From positions 571,258-635,257 of the forward strand of contig OZ245362.1 in the NCBI GenBank assembly GCA_965226465.1: a stretch of DNA of 64,000 nt, read 5' to 3'. This DNA comes from Parvibaculaceae bacterium. GTDB lineage: Bacteria; Pseudomonadota; Alphaproteobacteria; RS24; CBDDDD01. Made by a program: the position numbers and the translations under genes. The notes beneath the pieces were generated by a model. That model was not told the origin of the DNA and ran no database searches. It saw only the letters and a program-made list of their open reading frames with translations. Position 1 is the stretch's first letter; each line of letters opens with the position of its first letter. Shown here in pieces: positions 20,649 to 30,899 of the stretch.

Positions 20649-23345
20649 ATGCGTGGTTCTCGTCGTTCTTTTTTGACCTTATTAGGAGGGGTTGCAGGCT
20701 CTTTTTCTTTAGGAGCTATTGCTCCCTCATCATTATTTGCACAAGAGGGAATAGAAAAGATTGATAATTTTTCCCGACCAGACGGCCATTCTTTAGGCAA
20801 TGCATGGGAGGGATTAAATCCAGGATATTGGAAAATAGAAAATAAGAAATTGCGCCGTCAGCTAAAAACCATTGGTGAGCGGGCACGCAAGACAGGTTTT
20901 CCTTTTCATTATGAAACCCATAAGAAAGGCAAAATGGAAACCCATTATGACCCCTCTCTTCCTCTTGGCATTTTATATGCCCGTGAATGGTTTTTTGGCG
21001 ATGGTTATGAGATAGAAATGGATGTCAGAGTAAAAAATCTGACCCCTGAAACCATCCCTGAAGGTGATGATAAAAATTGGAAAATGTATAATCCGGATTG
21101 GGGAGCTATTGGTATTTGCTTTGGTGCCAAAACACAATTTGAAAGCTTTTACCCCTCCACCAATGCCTCTCTTATGCTGATATTAAAAGAAAGCGGAGAG
21201 TTTGGTTTTATGCGTCATACAAATGATGCTTTTGAGAAGATTGGAAAAATTGGCAGGCTTAGAAGACCATTACGAAAAAATGACAAGCTCAATTTTCGTC
21301 TGCAAATTTCCCCTCGTGCAAATAATCAAGCACGCATTGTCGGTACACTTAATCACAATCGGGAAACACCTATACGGATTGTTTATAATAGTGAAGACAG
21401 GAAAAAAGAGGCGATAGGATATAGCGGTATTGCAGCACGCGGATTATTGGATATTGAGATTGATGATATCCATACAAATATTTCTCCCCGCCGTAAGCTA
21501 AACGCTCCTCTTAATGAATGCCATGTCTGTTATGCACTTGGTGACAGCTTGCGGGAAGAAAATGGTGAATATAAGGTCCGCTTCGTATCCCTATTTCGCA
21601 ATAATGGAAGAAGGGCTTTCATTCGTGTCAGTGAAGAAGAAAACCCTAAAGGAGGTTGGAAGCGTGTGCCTGTAGCGGGGAAAGCCAGCATTATTAATAA
21701 TGATTTCCGTCGCAATAGTGCCATTATTGATGTAAAGCTTCCTGCCAATCCTGCAGAAAAAACACTTTATTATACCATTTGGAAAGATGGTCAAAATGTC
21801 ACCGCAGACCCCCGCCCCGGTACAGAAAGCGTTGGCATGGGTACAGGCTTGGTCGGAGATATTCCCTCAAATGGGCAATATGTTGGCAGATTGCCAAAAC
21901 TTACCGCTCCCTATCGTATTTGCGGGCTAAGTTGCCATGCAGTGCATACCGCCCGCCATTCCGACCTTCCCCAATCCGGTATAAAGGATAGAAAAGAAAA
22001 CATTCCCCTACCCTTTTTTGTCCATGACCAGCCCTGCTATGGTGCCTTTGAATATTTGGAAGATTATGAATTTCAAATTATGCTCTGGGATGATGATGTG
22101 TTTTATATGGAGCTTTTGCTCTATCCTCCCAGCACAGATGATGCCTATAGGTTAGTAAATCATACACTTGGTGGTCCTACAACTCGTTGGCAGATGATGC
22201 GCCACTGGAATGTTCTCAATCCTGGAGACCATGATTTTGGTATGGATGATATAAAGGGTCCTGAACAAATATTGCTCCGTAATAAGAATAAACTTGGACA
22301 GGATATTGAATATCTTCAACGCAATTTTCAAATTGTCTTTCATGTAATGATGGGAGAAGAAAACCCGACAAAAACAGATAATCCAAAACGCTGGCGTAAA
22401 TGGAAAATGCCAAATCACGACTTTTCCCTTATGATTTTAGATAGCAGGCTTTGGCGAAACTCTCAGGATACGGATATTTGGCAGAACCATGGCTGGGCAG
22501 GCATTAAAAATCTTTACTCCCGCCATGACCCGACACGTTCCCTATTGGGTGAAGAGCAATTTAGCTGGTTACAAAACCAATTGGCTACAGATAGCTCTCC
22601 CCTTATTTGTCTTACGGGGTTAAACAGCATGCATAGTATTTTTTCTAATAGGGATGGCGAATTTAAGGAGCGTGACCGAGTAGTGGCAGATTTTGCCTCA
22701 TGGGTTTCGGCAGGCGTGGATAGAGTTCTGCACCTTATGAGTGGGCGCAAAGGCGTGGTAAGCGTTGGAGGAGATGTCCATGTCGGCTCCATTATAAAGA
22801 ATGAGGATTTGAACCTTTATGAGTGCTGCTTTGGACCCATTGGGCGTTGGGGCGGAAGGCGTCCTAAGCCTGGATTTGGAAGAAAAATGGAAGATTATGA
22901 AGGAAGGAAAATTACTTGCCATGCTTTTTACCAGCAGGAATATAATGACCCTGATTTACGCCCCCTTCGCGGTCCCTCCTATTGGAACTTTTTGGAGATG
23001 GTTTTTAATCCACTTGAAAATGGTGGTGAAGTAGACCTCGCCATACGCAATATTGTTGATAAGCCTGCTATTGAACCTCGTGGAGGCGGATGGGTAAAGC
23101 GTGCACGTGCCAATGAAATGGGGCGTGAGATAAGCGCACGCCTTCCAAAGATTAAAACACTGGCAAATGCAGATATTTTATTCCTACGCCCTGACAGCTC
23201 ACCAATCACAGGCACAAGAAGTAATGATAAGGGACTTATTACTCTAAAGGGTCTTATAGACATCGCGCCAAATACCACAATCCTTATGCTTGCCCGTGCT
23301 GAAGGCAAGACAGAAAGCAAGCTTATACGGACAACATCTCCTTAG
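20649..23345 (+). CDS. Tat-exported PhoD-like metallophosphatase family protein with a large N-terminal extension of unknown fold
   Basis: Twin-arginine signal [25 protein letters not shown]. The ordered motif positions resemble PhoD: [50 protein letters not shown] and [10 protein letters not shown]. It starts 27 nt after dctM. Confidence 0.58.
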   Translation: MRGSRRSFLTLLGGVAGSFSLGAIAPSSLFAQEGIEKIDNFSRPDGHSLGNAWEGLNPGYWKIENKKLRRQLKTIGERARKTGFPFHYETHKKGKMETHYDPSLPLGILYAREWFFGDGYEIEMDVRVKNLTPETIPEGDDKNWKMYNPDWGAIGICFGAKTQFESFYPSTNASLMLILKESGEFGFMRHTNDAFEKIGKIGRLRRPLRKNDKLNFRLQISPRANNQARIVGTLNHNRETPIRIVYNSEDRKKEAIGYSGIAARGLLDIEIDDIHTNISPRRKLNAPLNECHVCYALGDSLREENGEYKVRFVSLFRNNGRRAFIRVSEEENPKGGWKRVPVAGKASIINNDFRRNSAIIDVKLPANPAEKTLYYTIWKDGQNVTADPRPGTESVGMGTGLVGDIPSNGQYVGRLPKLTAPYRICGLSCHAVHTARHSDLPQSGIKDRKENIPLPFFVHDQPCYGAFEYLEDYEFQIMLWDDDVFYMELLLYPPSTDDAYRLVNHTLGGPTTRWQMMRHWNVLNPGDHDFGMDDIKGPEQILLRNKNKLGQDIEYLQRNFQIVFHVMMGEENPTKTDNPKRWRKWKMPNHDFSLMILDSRLWRNSQDTDIWQNHGWAGIKNLYSRHDPTRSLLGEEQFSWLQNQLATDSSPLICLTGLNSMHSIFSNRDGEFKERDRVVADFASWVSAGVDRVLHLMSGRKGVVSVGGDVHVGSIIKNEDLNLYECCFGPIGRWGGRRPKPGFGRKMEDYEGRKITCHAFYQQEYNDPDLRPLRGPSYWNFLEMVFNPLENGGEVDLAIRNIVDKPAIEPRGGGWVKRARANEMGREISARLPKIKTLANADILFLRPDSSPITGTRSNDKGLITLKGLIDIAPNTTILMLARAEGKTESKLIRTTSP

Positions 23346-25585
23346 CCCTCTTTCTTTGGTGCTTCCTGCCAGATTAACATGCCCAATGTTCCGTTAGAGG
23401 GGAATCCTTTAGGTCGTTTTCTTCCTGCTTGAGCACGCTTTCCTTGCCAATCATCAAGCTTGTTAAAAGCTTGCTCACGGCCAGCACTGTCATATATTTT
23501 CAGCCCTTCCTTTTCTATAAAACTTCTAACATCAGCTATCCCCCCTTGCTTATAGCTTTGCAATTTTATCCCTTTGCCACGCGTCATTTGGGGTATTTCT
23601 TTTATAGGAAATATCAGTAATTTTTTATTTTCTCCTAATACCGCCAAACTATCCCCTATAGCAGGAACACAAATTGCAGCCTCCTCCTCGCTAGCCAGAT
23701 TTAATATCTGCTTTCCAGCACGCCTGGTGCTAATAAGCTCACTTTCAGGCACAATAAATCCATATCCCTTATTGGAAGCAACCAGCAGAGAACGTTTTGA
23801 ATTATGGGAGAAAATCTGTAGGATATCCTCACTCTCATCCAACTCAATCATCAAACGTATTGGCTCGCCATTTCCCCTACCACCAGGAAGCTTGTTCACA
23901 TCCAAGCGATATGCTCGCCCATTTGACGCAAAGAGAACCAATATATCTCTTGTATAAGCATGCAGAACCAATCCCTCTTTATCTCCGGTTTTATATTTAA
24001 TTTCCTTATTTTCTAAATGTCCCTTCATCGCCCGTATCCAACCCTTTTCTGAACAGATAATGGTGACAGGTTCCTGTTCAATAAGAGTATTGGCATCAAT
24101 CTCCATTTCTTTTGGAGCCTCCTCTATTTTACTGCGTCTTTTTCCAAGATCGGTTTTTTTACCAAACTGCTCCAATAATAATTTTATCTGTGAGGATATT
24201 TCTTCCCACTGCATTTCATCTGATGCCAGCAAGGTTTTTAGGCGTTTTTGTTCCGCTTTATGTTTTTTGTGCTCAGCACGTATGGTTTCCTCTTCAAGCT
24301 TTCGTAATGCACGAAGGCGCATATTGAGAATAGCCTCGGCTTGGCGTTCCGTAAGCTTAAACTTCTTGATAAGGGAAGATTTAGGGTCATCTTCCTCGCG
24401 GATGATATGAATAACTTCATCAAGGTTCAGATAAGCAATGAGATAACCTTCCAATATTTCAAGCCTTGCCTCTATCGCATTAAGGCGAAAACGGCTTACC
24501 CGCCCCAATACCTCCTGGCGGTGCTCAAGCCATGCCTTCATTATCTCCTTCAGCCCCATAACGCGCGGCGTTTGGTTGGCGTCAAGCACATTCATATTAA
24601 CGCTTACCCTTACCTCTAAATCGGTCAGGCGAAACAGCATGGCCATAAACTGCTCAACATCTACCGTTCTGCTTTTAGGTTGCAGAATAAGGCGAATATC
24701 CTCGGTTGATTCATCCAGAATATTTTCCAGAAGTGGTAACTGCTTTGCATGTATGAGGTCGGCAATTTTCTCAATTAAACGGGCTTTCTGCACCTGATAG
24801 GGTATTTCTGTTATTACGATTTGCCAACCACCACGTGTGGTATCTTCCTTTTTATAACTTGCCCGCAGGCGTAACCCTCCCTTCCCAGTTTCATAAATTT
24901 GCTGTAATAATTCAGCATCCTCTAAAATAACACCCCCTGTTGGAAAATCGGGAGCAGGCACGAAACTCATAAGTTTTTTTAAACTTGCATTGGGTGCCTT
25001 AATAAGATGAAGAGCACATTTACAAAGCTCTACTATATTATGTGGTGGAATATTTGTTGCCATGCCGACAGCAATGCCGCTAGCTCCATTAGCCAGAAGA
25101 TTAGGAAAATTGCCCGGCAATATAACAGGCTCTTTATCTTCCCCATCATAGGTTTCTCTGAAATCTACGCTATCTTCATCAATATTGGATAGCAAAAGAT
25201 GAGCAACAATTGTAAGCCTTGCTTCCGTATAACGCATAGCTGCAGCATTATCACCGTCAATATTTCCAAAGTTTCCCTGTCCATCTATTAGCGGATATCG
25301 CACGGCAAAATCTTGTGCCAAACGCACCAAAGCATCATATACAGCTTGGTCACCATGAGGGTGGTAGCGTCCAATGACATCACCTACCACGCGGGCAGAT
25401 TTCTTAAAGCGGTTTTCAGGATTGAGCTTTAACTGATGCATTGCATAAAGTAGCCTTCTATGCACAGGCTTTAGCCCATCACGCACATCAGGCAGAGCAC
25501 GGTGCATAATTGTTGCCAATGCATAGGATAAATAGCGTGTCTCCAGTGCTTGGCGTAGTTCTACTTCAGAAGCTATTTTACTCAT
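23342..25585 (-). CDS. parC: DNA topoisomerase IV subunit A
   Basis: [25 protein letters not shown] and [18 protein letters not shown] are present. The roughly 750-aa length fits ParC rather than GyrA. The track start at 25612 is TTG. The ATG at 25585 (MSKIASE) is preferred, but the choice is uncertain. Confidence 0.88.
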   Translation of the reverse strand: MSKIASEVELRQALETRYLSYALATIMHRALPDVRDGLKPVHRRLLYAMHQLKLNPENRFKKSARVVGDVIGRYHPHGDQAVYDALVRLAQDFAVRYPLIDGQGNFGNIDGDNAAAMRYTEARLTIVAHLLLSNIDEDSVDFRETYDGEDKEPVILPGNFPNLLANGASGIAVGMATNIPPHNIVELCKCALHLIKAPNASLKKLMSFVPAPDFPTGGVILEDAELLQQIYETGKGGLRLRASYKKEDTTRGGWQIVITEIPYQVQKARLIEKIADLIHAKQLPLLENILDESTEDIRLILQPKSRTVDVEQFMAMLFRLTDLEVRVSVNMNVLDANQTPRVMGLKEIMKAWLEHRQEVLGRVSRFRLNAIEARLEILEGYLIAYLNLDEVIHIIREEDDPKSSLIKKFKLTERQAEAILNMRLRALRKLEEETIRAEHKKHKAEQKRLKTLLASDEMQWEEISSQIKLLLEQFGKKTDLGKRRSKIEEAPKEMEIDANTLIEQEPVTIICSEKGWIRAMKGHLENKEIKYKTGDKEGLVLHAYTRDILVLFASNGRAYRLDVNKLPGGRGNGEPIRLMIELDESEDILQIFSHNSKRSLLVASNKGYGFIVPESELISTRRAGKQILNLASEEEAAICVPAIGDSLAVLGENKKLLIFPIKEIPQMTRGKGIKLQSYKQGGIADVRSFIEKEGLKIYDSAGREQAFNKLDDWQGKRAQAGRKRPKGFPSNGTLGMLIWQEAPKKEG

Positions 25586-25612
25586 GGAGGCGTTATAGCA
25601 AGATTCTATCAA

Positions 25613-26326
25613 TTAGATAGAGCTAAGAAGCTTTATCAAACGCTCTCTGGAGGAAGGAAATTGCTTATTTTGGGGGGCAAGCAGCCTTTGATTTAGAAAA
25701 TAGCCCGTAAGCTTGAGCCCATTTAGAATATCCTGATGGCTTTCGGCACAGCTATCATCACGCAAAAACTCCGGCAATAACAGTAATTTCTCCGCCCAAG
25801 GTGCCCCCTTTTCCCTACTTACAACCTGCCCACTCTTTGGAGAGATATAGATAAGATCCTCCCTACCTCCACCGCCGGCACATTCAGATAAATCAAGCCC
25901 AAAGCCTGTTTCCTCCAATAAAACCCATTCAAAGCGGACATAATGCTCTCTCCAAACATCACTATCACCCAATGCTTCCATAAGATTAGTAAAGTGAGTA
26001 TATAGGCGGGGATAAGCATGATTTTCCGGTAAATATCTTGATAATATTGCCGCACTTTCCAATGCCAATAGGCTGGTGTGATGATTTGCAATTTTTGCAT
26101 ATACGGTTTTACGGCTTTCCAGGGAGAAATTTCCTAAATGCTCCGCCAACCTTGCAGACCATGTTGCAGAAACAAGATTTCCCATTTGTAGAATATTTTC
26201 ATTTTTACGAGAGCGGCGAACAAATCCTGCCACCCTGCCCCTCTCATATGTCAAAAGTTCAACAACATGTCCGCTTTCCCCATGCTTTCGTAAAGCCAGA
26301 ACATATCCCTCCGCCTGCCAACGCAT
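25613..26326 (-). CDS. recO: DNA repair protein RecO
   Basis: 237 aa in the conserved era-recO position. The N-terminal OB-fold-like region reads W.AEGYVLALRKHGESGHVVELLT. The start overlaps the era stop by 1 nt. Confidence 0.82.
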   Translation of the reverse strand: MRWQAEGYVLALRKHGESGHVVELLTYERGRVAGFVRRSRKNENILQMGNLVSATWSARLAEHLGNFSLESRKTVYAKIANHHTSLLALESAAILSRYLPENHAYPRLYTHFTNLMEALGDSDVWREHYVRFEWVLLEETGFGLDLSECAGGGGREDLIYISPKSGQVVSREKGAPWAEKLLLLPEFLRDDSCAESHQDILNGLKLTGYFLNQRLLAPQNKQFPSSRERLIKLLSSI

Positions 26327-27228
26327 TATCTCTCCTTAGGGAAACTAAGCCCCAAAGAGGCATAACGCTGTGGGTCGTCCTGCCAGTTTTCTCTATGTTT
26401 CACAAATAAAAATAAATTTACCTTCTTCCCAAAAGCTTTTTTCATTTTTAGCCTGGCTCCGGTCCCAATTTGCTTAATGGTTTCCCCTCCAGCACCCAGC
26501 ACAATCGCTTTTTGCCCCTTACGGCTTACATAAATCGTCTGATGGATATGTATTTCTTTTTTACTTTCTTTCCATTTTTCCGTCTCTACACTGATTGCAT
26601 AGGGAAGCTCCTGATGCAAACGCAAAAACAAAACCTCTCTGGTAATCTCAGCAGCCAATAGACGAAGGGGAATATCTGCTATTTGCTCTTCAGGATACAT
26701 CCACTTCCCCGGAGGAACCGAGCAAGCCAAATATTCCAATAACTCCTCAACCCCATCATTCTTAAGGGCAGATATCATGAAGCTTTTTTCAAAATTATAT
26801 TTTTCATGCAAAGCTTTAGAAATTTCCAAAAGCTTTTCTTTTTTTACTAAATCTATCTTATTGAGGATAAGAAATATTTTTTTATTAATTTTTTTTATCT
26901 TTTCTAATATATGCTCCACTTTTTCACTTATCGGCTTACTTGCATCAAATAAAAAAAGTAGAAAATCTCCATCTCCAGCCCCTGCCCATGCCTCATCTAT
27001 CAGTGCACGCTCAAAGCGCTTGCTTGCCTCAAAAATACCGGGTGTATCAATAAAAATGATTTGGCTTTTTTGCCGATTGGCCACTGCCCGCAATCTTAAC
27101 CTTGTTGTCTGTGCCTTATGGGTCACGATAGCTAATTTTTCTCCGATAAGGGCATTAATAAGCGTTGATTTTCCTGCATTGGGTGCCCCGATAAGGCTTA
27201 CAAATCCACATTTTTCTTCCTTACTCAC
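26326..27228 (-). CDS. era: GTPase Era
   Basis: G motifs GAPNAGKST, DTPG and NKID are present, with a C-terminal KH domain. The track ORF reaches 27327 but would overlap rnc by 95 nt. GTG at 27228, which is 4 nt after the rnc stop, gives a canonical N-terminus (VSKEEKCGFVSLIG). Confidence 0.88.
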   Translation of the reverse strand: MSKEEKCGFVSLIGAPNAGKSTLINALIGEKLAIVTHKAQTTRLRLRAVANRQKSQIIFIDTPGIFEASKRFERALIDEAWAGAGDGDFLLFLFDASKPISEKVEHILEKIKKINKKIFLILNKIDLVKKEKLLEISKALHEKYNFEKSFMISALKNDGVEELLEYLACSVPPGKWMYPEEQIADIPLRLLAAEITREVLFLRLHQELPYAISVETEKWKESKKEIHIHQTIYVSRKGQKAIVLGAGGETIKQIGTGARLKMKKAFGKKVNLFLFVKHRENWQDDPQRYASLGLSFPKER

Positions 27229-27232
27229 TCCC

Positions 27233-27877
27233 TTACCTTTCCAAAAGCTTAAGCAAAGCTTCAGCCGCTTTCGTTTCTGCTTCTTTTCGTGTGCCTGCTT
27301 TTGCTCTTGCACTCTCTCCGCTGTCAAGGCGCACCTCTATCATAAAAACAGGATTATGGTCGGGTCCCGACTGCTCAATTATTCTATATTCGGGAAGCGC
27401 TTTGTTTCTGCCAGCCAGATATTCCTGCAGGGATGATTTTGCATTATGGGTAATATCCAATAAAAGATTTTTCCAATGATACAGTATAAATTTTTTTGCT
27501 TTTTCTATCCCACCATCCAGATAAATTGCTCCAATAATAGCTTCACATGCATTACCCAACATTGTAGGGCTTAGCGGGCCGGTTTTATGTAAATATTTAT
27601 CCAAATTCCAGCTTTTTGCAATTTCTACACATACCTTTCGTGCGACTAAACTATTATATCGAATGCTTAGTTCCGCCGGTGGAGCCTTTTCATATTCCTC
27701 ATATAACCAGGATGCAATAACAACACCAAGCACCCTATCACCAAGAAATTCCATCCGTTCATTATCCTGCTTACCTTTACGCATACTGGCATGTGTAAGT
27801 GCTTCTTCCAGCAATTTATTCTTTCCAAAAGAATAGCAGAGTATTTTTTCTAATTCCTTATACATTTTTTCACTCAT
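27233..27877 (-). CDS. rnc: Ribonuclease III
   Basis: It has the signature NERMEFLGDRVLG and a C-terminal dsRBD. Confidence 0.9.
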   Translation of the reverse strand: MSEKMYKELEKILCYSFGKNKLLEEALTHASMRKGKQDNERMEFLGDRVLGVVIASWLYEEYEKAPPAELSIRYNSLVARKVCVEIAKSWNLDKYLHKTGPLSPTMLGNACEAIIGAIYLDGGIEKAKKFILYHWKNLLLDITHNAKSSLQEYLAGRNKALPEYRIIEQSGPDHNPVFMIEVRLDSGESARAKAGTRKEAETKAAEALLKLLER

Positions 27878-28614
27878 TCTATTCTTTTCAGAAAGCGTGA
27901 AAAGCGAATGGCATTAGGCCATTTCCAAAATTGCCAGAATCTCACTCCTTCCTTTAATGAAAAAAAGATAATTTCTGCACGTCCAATAAGATTTTGTTTT
28001 GGCAAAAAACCTACACCATATTGAGAACGGCTATCGCTGGAGTTATCACGATTATCCCCCATAACAAAATAATGCCCCTCCGGTACAAAAAACGGACCAA
28101 CATTGTCGCTGTGACTATTTTCACGAACATCCAGCGTCATATAGCTTTTTCCACTAGCCAGTGTTTCTTTATAGCGTGGAACAGAAAACTCTTTACCATC
28201 CTCATATATAAGATAGTTTTCTTCCCTGTTTCGTTTTACAAGCTTTCCATTAATATATAGCTCTCCGTCTTTCATCTCAATTCTATCACCGGGAAGACCT
28301 ATAAGCCTCTTAATATAATCTGTTTTATTGTCACGTGGTAACTTAAACACAACCACATCTCCCCTTTTAGGAATTTTTTCAAATACCCTTCCCTGAAAAA
28401 GCTTTATTCCAAAAGGAAATGAATAACGCGAATATCCATAACTATATTTAGAAACAAATAGATAATCCCCGACATGAAGCGTAGAAAGCATAGAGCCGGA
28501 AGGTATGAAAAAAGGCTGAAATAACAGGCTGCGAACAAGGAAAGCAATAAATAGCGCCCAAGCCATAATATGCAGGTTTTCTTTGACCGTTGAACGAGTG
28601 TTTTTTTTCTTCAT
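27874..28614 (-). CDS. lepB: Signal peptidase I
   Basis: The Ser box IPSGSMLSTL, the Lys box YIKRLIGLPGD and GDNRDNSSDSR are all present. Confidence 0.9.
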   Translation of the reverse strand: MKKKNTRSTVKENLHIMAWALFIAFLVRSLLFQPFFIPSGSMLSTLHVGDYLFVSKYSYGYSRYSFPFGIKLFQGRVFEKIPKRGDVVVFKLPRDNKTDYIKRLIGLPGDRIEMKDGELYINGKLVKRNREENYLIYEDGKEFSVPRYKETLASGKSYMTLDVRENSHSDNVGPFFVPEGHYFVMGDNRDNSSDSRSQYGVGFLPKQNLIGRAEIIFFSLKEGVRFWQFWKWPNAIRFSRFLKRIE

Positions 28615-28622
28615 AATCTATC

Positions 28623-29024
28623 CTATGATATCTTGCAGGCGCTTACGATAACGGTAGCTTGCGCAAGAGGAAACTCATCGCTAAGGCTTACATGAATCTG
28701 CTCCCTATATCCAGCAGGAAGAAGTTTCCCTATCTCTATCTTAGCCTTTTCAGAAAGCAGCAAAGCAGGTTTATTCTTTTCATCGGATATAAGCTCTATA
28801 TCAAGCCATCCAAGTTTTTCCCCAATGCCACATCCCACCGCCTTGGCAAATGCCTCCTTGGCAGCAAAACGTTTTGCATAGCAAGCAGGCGGTTTATAGG
28901 CAGAGCAACATTTTTCCTGCTCTTTTTTTGTAAAAACACGTGCTAAAAACTTTTTTCCAAACCGTGTATATACTTTTTCTACCCGCCGAATATCGGCAAG
29001 ATCATTACCAAGCCCAATAATCAT
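28623..29024 (-). CDS. acpS: Holo-[acyl-carrier-protein] synthase
   Basis: 133 aa. It begins MIIGLGNDLADIRR, contains FAAKEAFAKA, and sits in the conserved pdxJ-acpS-lepB order. Confidence 0.85.
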   Translation of the reverse strand: MIIGLGNDLADIRRVEKVYTRFGKKFLARVFTKKEQEKCCSAYKPPACYAKRFAAKEAFAKAVGCGIGEKLGWLDIELISDEKNKPALLLSEKAKIEIGKLLPAGYREQIHVSLSDEFPLAQATVIVSACKIS

Positions 29025-29773
29025 GCGCTAACCTTTTTTTCACGTGCTTTATCCATAAGCGAGCGCATACGAATAATACTATTTTCCAACCCACAGAAAA
29101 TTCCTTCTCCTATAAGGAAATGCCCAATATTTAACTCCATAATCTGTTCTATATTGGCAATCGGCATCACCGTATCAAAATCAAGCCCATGTCCGGCATG
29201 TACCTCCAAGCCTAATTTATCTGCCTGCTCGGCTGCTTTTTCTATACGGGCAAGCTCGGTAGAAAAAGCAAGCTTATCCCCTGCATGGTGCGCATGGCAT
29301 AAGCTACCTGTATGAAGCTCTACCACATCGGCATGAATTTCTTTTGCACATTCAATTTGTGTATTGTCCGGATTAATAAATAGCGACACACGAATACCAG
29401 CATGGCGGAGAGGTTTTATAAATTCCTGCAAGTGTTTTTTTTCGCCAATAACATCAAGCCCGCCTTCTGTGGTTAGCTCTTGGCGTTTTTCTGGAACAAT
29501 ACAGCAAGCATGTGGGTTATGAGCCAGGGCAATTTCACTCATTTCACTTGTTGCCGCCATTTCTAAATTAAGGGGCAGAGAAATCTTATTACGCAACCGA
29601 AGAATATCCTCATCGGAAATATGACGCCTATCCTCCCGCAAATGAGCGGTAATACCATCGGCACCTGCTTTTTCAGCAAGAAAGGCTGCCCTCAATGGAG
29701 AAGGGTGCTTCCCGCCTCTAGCATTTCTTACCGTTGCAACATGGTCTATATTTACCCCTAACCGTAAACTCAT
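29021..29773 (-). CDS. pdxJ: Pyridoxine 5'-phosphate synthase
   Basis: LGVNIDHVATVRNARG, ITAHLREDRRHI and ELHTG are characteristic. Confidence 0.9.
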   Translation of the reverse strand: MSLRLGVNIDHVATVRNARGGKHPSPLRAAFLAEKAGADGITAHLREDRRHISDEDILRLRNKISLPLNLEMAATSEMSEIALAHNPHACCIVPEKRQELTTEGGLDVIGEKKHLQEFIKPLRHAGIRVSLFINPDNTQIECAKEIHADVVELHTGSLCHAHHAGDKLAFSTELARIEKAAEQADKLGLEVHAGHGLDFDTVMPIANIEQIMELNIGHFLIGEGIFCGLENSIIRMRSLMDKAREKKVSA

Positions 29774-30306
29774 TCCTCTTCCTTTTTCTGTTTTTCCTCA
29801 GCACTTCCCCTATAGGCTTTGACAACAAAAAAGACAATAAAATAGCATAAAACTCCCAAAGTCAGCCCTAAAGGAATAGAGCCAATAAGCACAGGTTTTA
29901 AAAGATTTGCCATAGTATTATCAACATTTATAAATATCTCTCCAAACGACATGCGCTCTATAACTATACCTGCATCATCAACAGAGTTTCCAACCAATAG
30001 ACTGCCTAATTTATAATTAAGGAAAATAAATATTGGGAAGCTTACAGGATTACCAATAGCCGTGCTAAGGAGAGCCGCCAACATATTGGCTCTTAATAAC
30101 CATGCTATGACAAGGGTCAGAAAGACATGAAACCCCAAAAGTGGCGTTACAGAAATAGCAACACCAATGGCCACTCCAAAAGCGATAGCATGAGGGGTGG
30201 CATGTTGTCGCACCATACGCCACCAAATATATCGTACCGCCCTCCCCCAGCCACGCTCGGGCCATATTAGGCTCATAAGCCTTCGTGATTTCCGGCGGCG
30301 AAACAT
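29770..30306 (-). CDS. DUF2062-type small membrane protein
   Basis: 178 aa with a basic N-terminus (MFRRRKSRRL), the sequence PHAIAFGVAIGVAISVTP and 3-4 TM helices. The family assignment is from memory of the motif. Confidence 0.55.
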   Translation of the reverse strand: MFRRRKSRRLMSLIWPERGWGRAVRYIWWRMVRQHATPHAIAFGVAIGVAISVTPLLGFHVFLTLVIAWLLRANMLAALLSTAIGNPVSFPIFIFLNYKLGSLLVGNSVDDAGIVIERMSFGEIFINVDNTMANLLKPVLIGSIPLGLTLGVLCYFIVFFVVKAYRGSAEEKQKKEEE

Positions 30307-30899
30307 TATGCTTTTATCTCATTTCGTGATCCCGGTTTTATTACCGGTATTTTTTCAAGATCTTCTGGCAAATTATCAGGAGAGAAGGTTTCCAGCCTCA
30401 TTTCTGCCAATGCCGTTAATGGTATGGGCAGGGAAGCAGTTCCCTCCGAGCGGTCTATAAGACAAGCAGCGGAGATAACCTCACCACCGGCTGCCTTGAT
30501 TGCTTCAATTACCTCACAAGAGGATAAACCTGTTGTTACAATATCTTCTACCATGAGACAAATGGCACCCTTTTCAATCTCAAATCCTCTTCTTAAGGAG
30601 AAGTTGCCATTGGAGTTTCGCTCAAAAAATATAGAGGGAACTTCCAATTGTCTGCCTATTTCATAACCGATAATTAATCCCCCCATAGCTGGAGAAACAA
30701 CCATATCAATTTTACCCGTTAATTCACTTCCAAGCTTTTCAACCAGTGCCTTTGCAAGTTTTTCAGAACGCTTTGCATCCATGAGCACTTTGGCGCATTG
30801 TAAATATTGACGGCTATGCAAGCCTGAGGAGAGAAGAAAATGTCCCTCCAGCAAAGCACCCGCTTGGTAAAATTCTTCTAAAACTTCTTTGTTATTCAT
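30306..30899 (-). CDS. pyrE: Orotate phosphoribosyltransferase
   Basis: The PRPP-binding loop LMVEDIVTTGLS is present, along with GHFLLSSGLHS. Confidence 0.85.
   Translation of the reverse strand: MNNKEVLEEFYQAGALLEGHFLLSSGLHSRQYLQCAKVLMDAKRSEKLAKALVEKLGSELTGKIDMVVSPAMGGLIIGYEIGRQLEVPSIFFERNSNGNFSLRRGFEIEKGAICLMVEDIVTTGLSSCEVIEAIKAAGGEVISAACLIDRSEGTASLPIPLTALAEMRLETFSPDNLPEDLEKIPVIKPGSRNEIKA

Noticed and set aside
26326-27327. The ORF track implies a 333-aa Era with a Lys-rich 33-aa N-terminal extension (MTAERVQEQKQAHEKKQKRKRLK...).
   Set aside because: The extension would overlap rnc by 95 nt. A GTG at 27228, 4 nt after the rnc stop, yields a canonical Era N-terminus. The extension is most likely an artefact of the longest-ORF rule.
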